This document shows positions 60,936-64,000 of a DNA stretch of 64,000 bases, piece after piece. The translations under genes were made by a program, and so were the position numbers. The DNA is from Mizuhopecten yessoensis (lineage: Eukaryota). The notes under the pieces are model-generated. The model had not been told where the DNA came from. It did not search any database and saw only the letters and a list, made by a program, of their open reading frames with translations. The stretch is from positions 1,176,135 to 1,240,134 of the forward strand of contig NW_018408821.1 in assembly GCF_002113885.1 (NCBI RefSeq), given 5' to 3'. Position 1 is the stretch's first letter. Every line of letters starts with the position of its first letter.

Positions 60936-62719
60936 ATATAAAGTTAGATATGAAATTGACATACAAATATGACGATTGATTTGCCATGATAAATTATTCT
61001 CGTAACAAGGTACCTTTTGTACCGACTAGTTTCTTCAACTATAAAGGCGCGTTGTTTGTTAGGTAGCACTTTTGCCTGTTGTCCCAACAAAAAAGACGCT
61101 TTGTATTTAAATTCAATTTAAAATTCAATATTCTTCTTATATGTCGACAATGATCTGGCTTCTATCTTTTGTAATTTTGCTGATTTGTTCAAATGAAAAT
61201 GTTGACATGTAGAGTTCTCCTGTTCTAAACATCGGTGTTCTTTTATTGGTAATCAAGAGTTTTTATTGAACCGGTATCACACTTATCTGTTTCCTGATAG
61301 TGTAATTGAACGACAAGATAAGTCAGCTCTTCTGGCAAAATACGGGATTTATAAAGTCAACATGTGACCAATGGTATAACAAGATTCCCAATAGAGGACG
61401 TGGTATAAAATGAAAATGCGCCCTTATAGTCGACACTGATCCGTGCTATGAGAGCTTCTGGTACATTTCCTAATACAAGTGAATGTAAAAATAGAGTATT
61501 AATGGGTTAAAGATACCTTAAGTGACCGGGTATTCGTGTTTCTAATGATACATATCATCAATGATGCTATCTTATATTTTCGAATAGGACCACAGTGATG
61601 GCTGTAAGCAGTTGGTGATACATGTTCATATTTAAAGAAAATGTAAAAAAAATAAGCAGCATAGATAACGATATGTCCCAGACCTTGCGCCGTTGAGTAC
61701 CATACGTAAAGAGATAATTTATTCCTTGCTCTATTTAAGGATGCACTCCTCAAAAGTCAAAACATTCCTGAATTAGTTTGTTTTCTTATAAATATTTTGG
61801 GAAAAATGCAAAAAAAGAAATGATATGTCCGTGTGCTCGGTTTTTGTCTTGGATTGGTCATGGATACCAATTTAACATACTATGTGATTTTAGGTGTTTA
61901 TATTTGGTATTGACCATTTGCAAAACAGCGTCATACAATATCTTCCAAATGCGTTTTCAAATTTTTTTTTTTTTTATTATGGTAGTTAAATTTCAAACAT
62001 ATTCTTTTAACTCAGAAAAGCAATTTAAGATACCCCTACCCCTTTTTATTAATGAACAAAATCTCATTTTTCATTTCTGTTTCGTCGATATAACACTTTA
62101 TATGAAAAACGTTCTGCTATTAAATTTATTTTAATATTAAATGGATTAAATAAAAATGTTCTAAAACAGACACAAAATGGGGCGACCGTGTGCTTCTTTT
62201 TGCCCATGATAATTTATTATAGTTTTCATCTTTTCGGTGTCACAAATCAAAAGTGCTTCAGTAACACTAAATATGTAAAAAAAAAAAAAAATATCAATTA
62301 TGCATAATTTTCCACTTTGTTGCATACTATTTCATCATATTCAACACTATAAAGTTTTACAGCAAAATGAACTTGCTTCAATTAAAACTGGGGACACAAT
62401 AAACGATTGATCAGTCTTGTGTCAAAAAGGTGTAAATATGGCCTTTGATGAAACGTAAGAAATACACTTTTTCGAAATGCCGTCGTATTGATTTAAAAAA
62501 AAAAATGTATTTAAGCAATTCTACAAACAACAGGCGTCTAGTTTTTTCACATATTTTCAGATGCTTGTTTGCTTTTAAAATTGATCACAATTTGTTAAAT
62601 AATATAAAAACCTGTTACACGAGATCAAAACGAAATTTGAACGTTGTTTTAACTTCTGAAGAGTACAGATAAAATATAAGGCCTCACCTCTAATGCCGTA
62701 CAATATGCATTAGTAAGTC

Positions 62720-62990
62720 CCCGAGTCTAGCGCCATGTAAGTACCGCAAGAAACAAAGGCAAGACAATGCCAGCCTTAGCGCAATGTAAGTATAAAGGGC
62801 AATGATATGGGCTCATCCAAATCGCTATATCCGTACTATGAACTGTATAAAAAGTGCCAGACTAAGTGCCATGTAAATACCAAATAAAAGCAATGATATG
62901 TATCACACCTAGCACCATTTAGGCACCGTATACAATAATAGGACCAAGACTTAGCGCCATGTTACTACCAAAGGAGACGATAAGACCTAT
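62720..62990. repeat. Degenerate minisatellite (~44-bp subunits, ~89-bp dimer)
   Basis: Recurrent (c/t)tagcgccatgtaagtac-like cores at ~62727, 62775, 62861, 62909 and 62951; gcaatgatatg occurs twice, ~90 bp apart. Confidence 0.6.
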
Positions 62991-64000
62991 TTTCGTTTTA
63001 ATAGTAATATGCATTCTGTAATTTGTGTATATCTGGGAATTGTTCGGTTGTCGTCATGAGCTACGCTGAGACGGAAATTATATTCTCTCAGGATATTGTT
63101 GATTATAATAGTAGAAGATATTTGACACTCCAGGGAGATCGTATTAGTGTGTAAAAAGGATTTCCAAATTTTAAAACAATTAGTTCGCACCGTAGCATCA
63201 ATATTTTACGGAAAATGATAATATAATAATGAAATAGTTGCCACTTCAAAAACGAACTCAAATTCAAAAGCGCGATAATGTGTCTGGTGTATTCAGGAAC
63301 GGCCTTATCTTGAGTGCTTTGGAAAGTAAATCGTTTGAACAAAAATGTTCTGAAAGATTTTTACAACAGTTTTAAAATGTTTTCTGATAAAATAAAGCGA
63401 TGCTATCTTTAAGTATAATTGTAAAAATAGTAAACACCAGTATCCCTTATCAAAATGCGTATTTCTTTAAATCCAAAACACATATAGTGCAATTGATTTC
63501 AAAATTATACTTTAATTCATATGTCAGATACTTTTCTTGATAATGCAATGACGAAAACACTGTGAAGATATTTGTTACATTTATTTAATGATTTTTTTTT
63601 GCTACGAAACTAATTATTATTGAGGCATGTCACACATGTACTTTGGCAGTAAACCATCGGCAATCGTTCCATTCCTTGACATAATTATGTTTTATTTAAG
63701 GGTAAAATTTTGAAAGAGTAGTGCACGGAGAAGGTATTATGTGGAGTTGTTATCGATGTTTACTCCTTAGTATGTCTTGTTGTTTCGTGATCATACCCTG
63801 GTGCTCACTTTGAGAAGGATGCATTAATCGGATTTGACCTAGATTTACATGACGGGTGTCGTTGAAGAGCATGCAGCGGACGCTTACCCTTCCGGAACAT
63901 CTGGTTTTGTTCAACTCGTACCTTTTTCAAGAGTCTCCATGCTAACATTTGTTGATATTTGCCATAGTTTTATTGGTTTTTAAATCGAATCCATCGGTTT

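Overview
AT-rich, gene-poor eukaryotic DNA. The repeat content (Penelope-like elements, CR1/L2- and RTE-X-like LINE relics, a tRNA-SINE, hairpin elements) suggests an invertebrate, most likely a bivalve mollusc; this is inference. There are no operons, rRNA, canonical tRNA or CRISPR. The best candidate for a novel system is an intact, intronless ~400-aa SAM-dependent transferase gene (37346-38548, +). Its motifs (DPACSTG, VRFINSEVV, GGYMITFGHTPVL, FQYY) match my recollection of the bacterial isonocardicin synthase/Nat family of 3-amino-3-carboxypropyl transferases. It sits among animal repeats and carries eukaryotic expression signals, so it is a candidate domesticated horizontally acquired biosynthetic enzyme. 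Other main elements: (1) a young ~4-kb tyrosine-recombinase retrotransposon (PAT/Ngaro type, split direct repeats, 20540-24518) whose gag-RT-RNaseH-MT ORF is fused in frame to a truncated recombinase; (2) a Penelope GIY-YIG remnant with a minimal hammerhead ribozyme; (3) two candidate secreted-peptide exons; (4) large tandem arrays of 24 bp (~5.2 kb), 45/44 bp (~1.4 kb) and 8-9 bp (~1.1 kb). Most short ORFs in the track are not credible genes.
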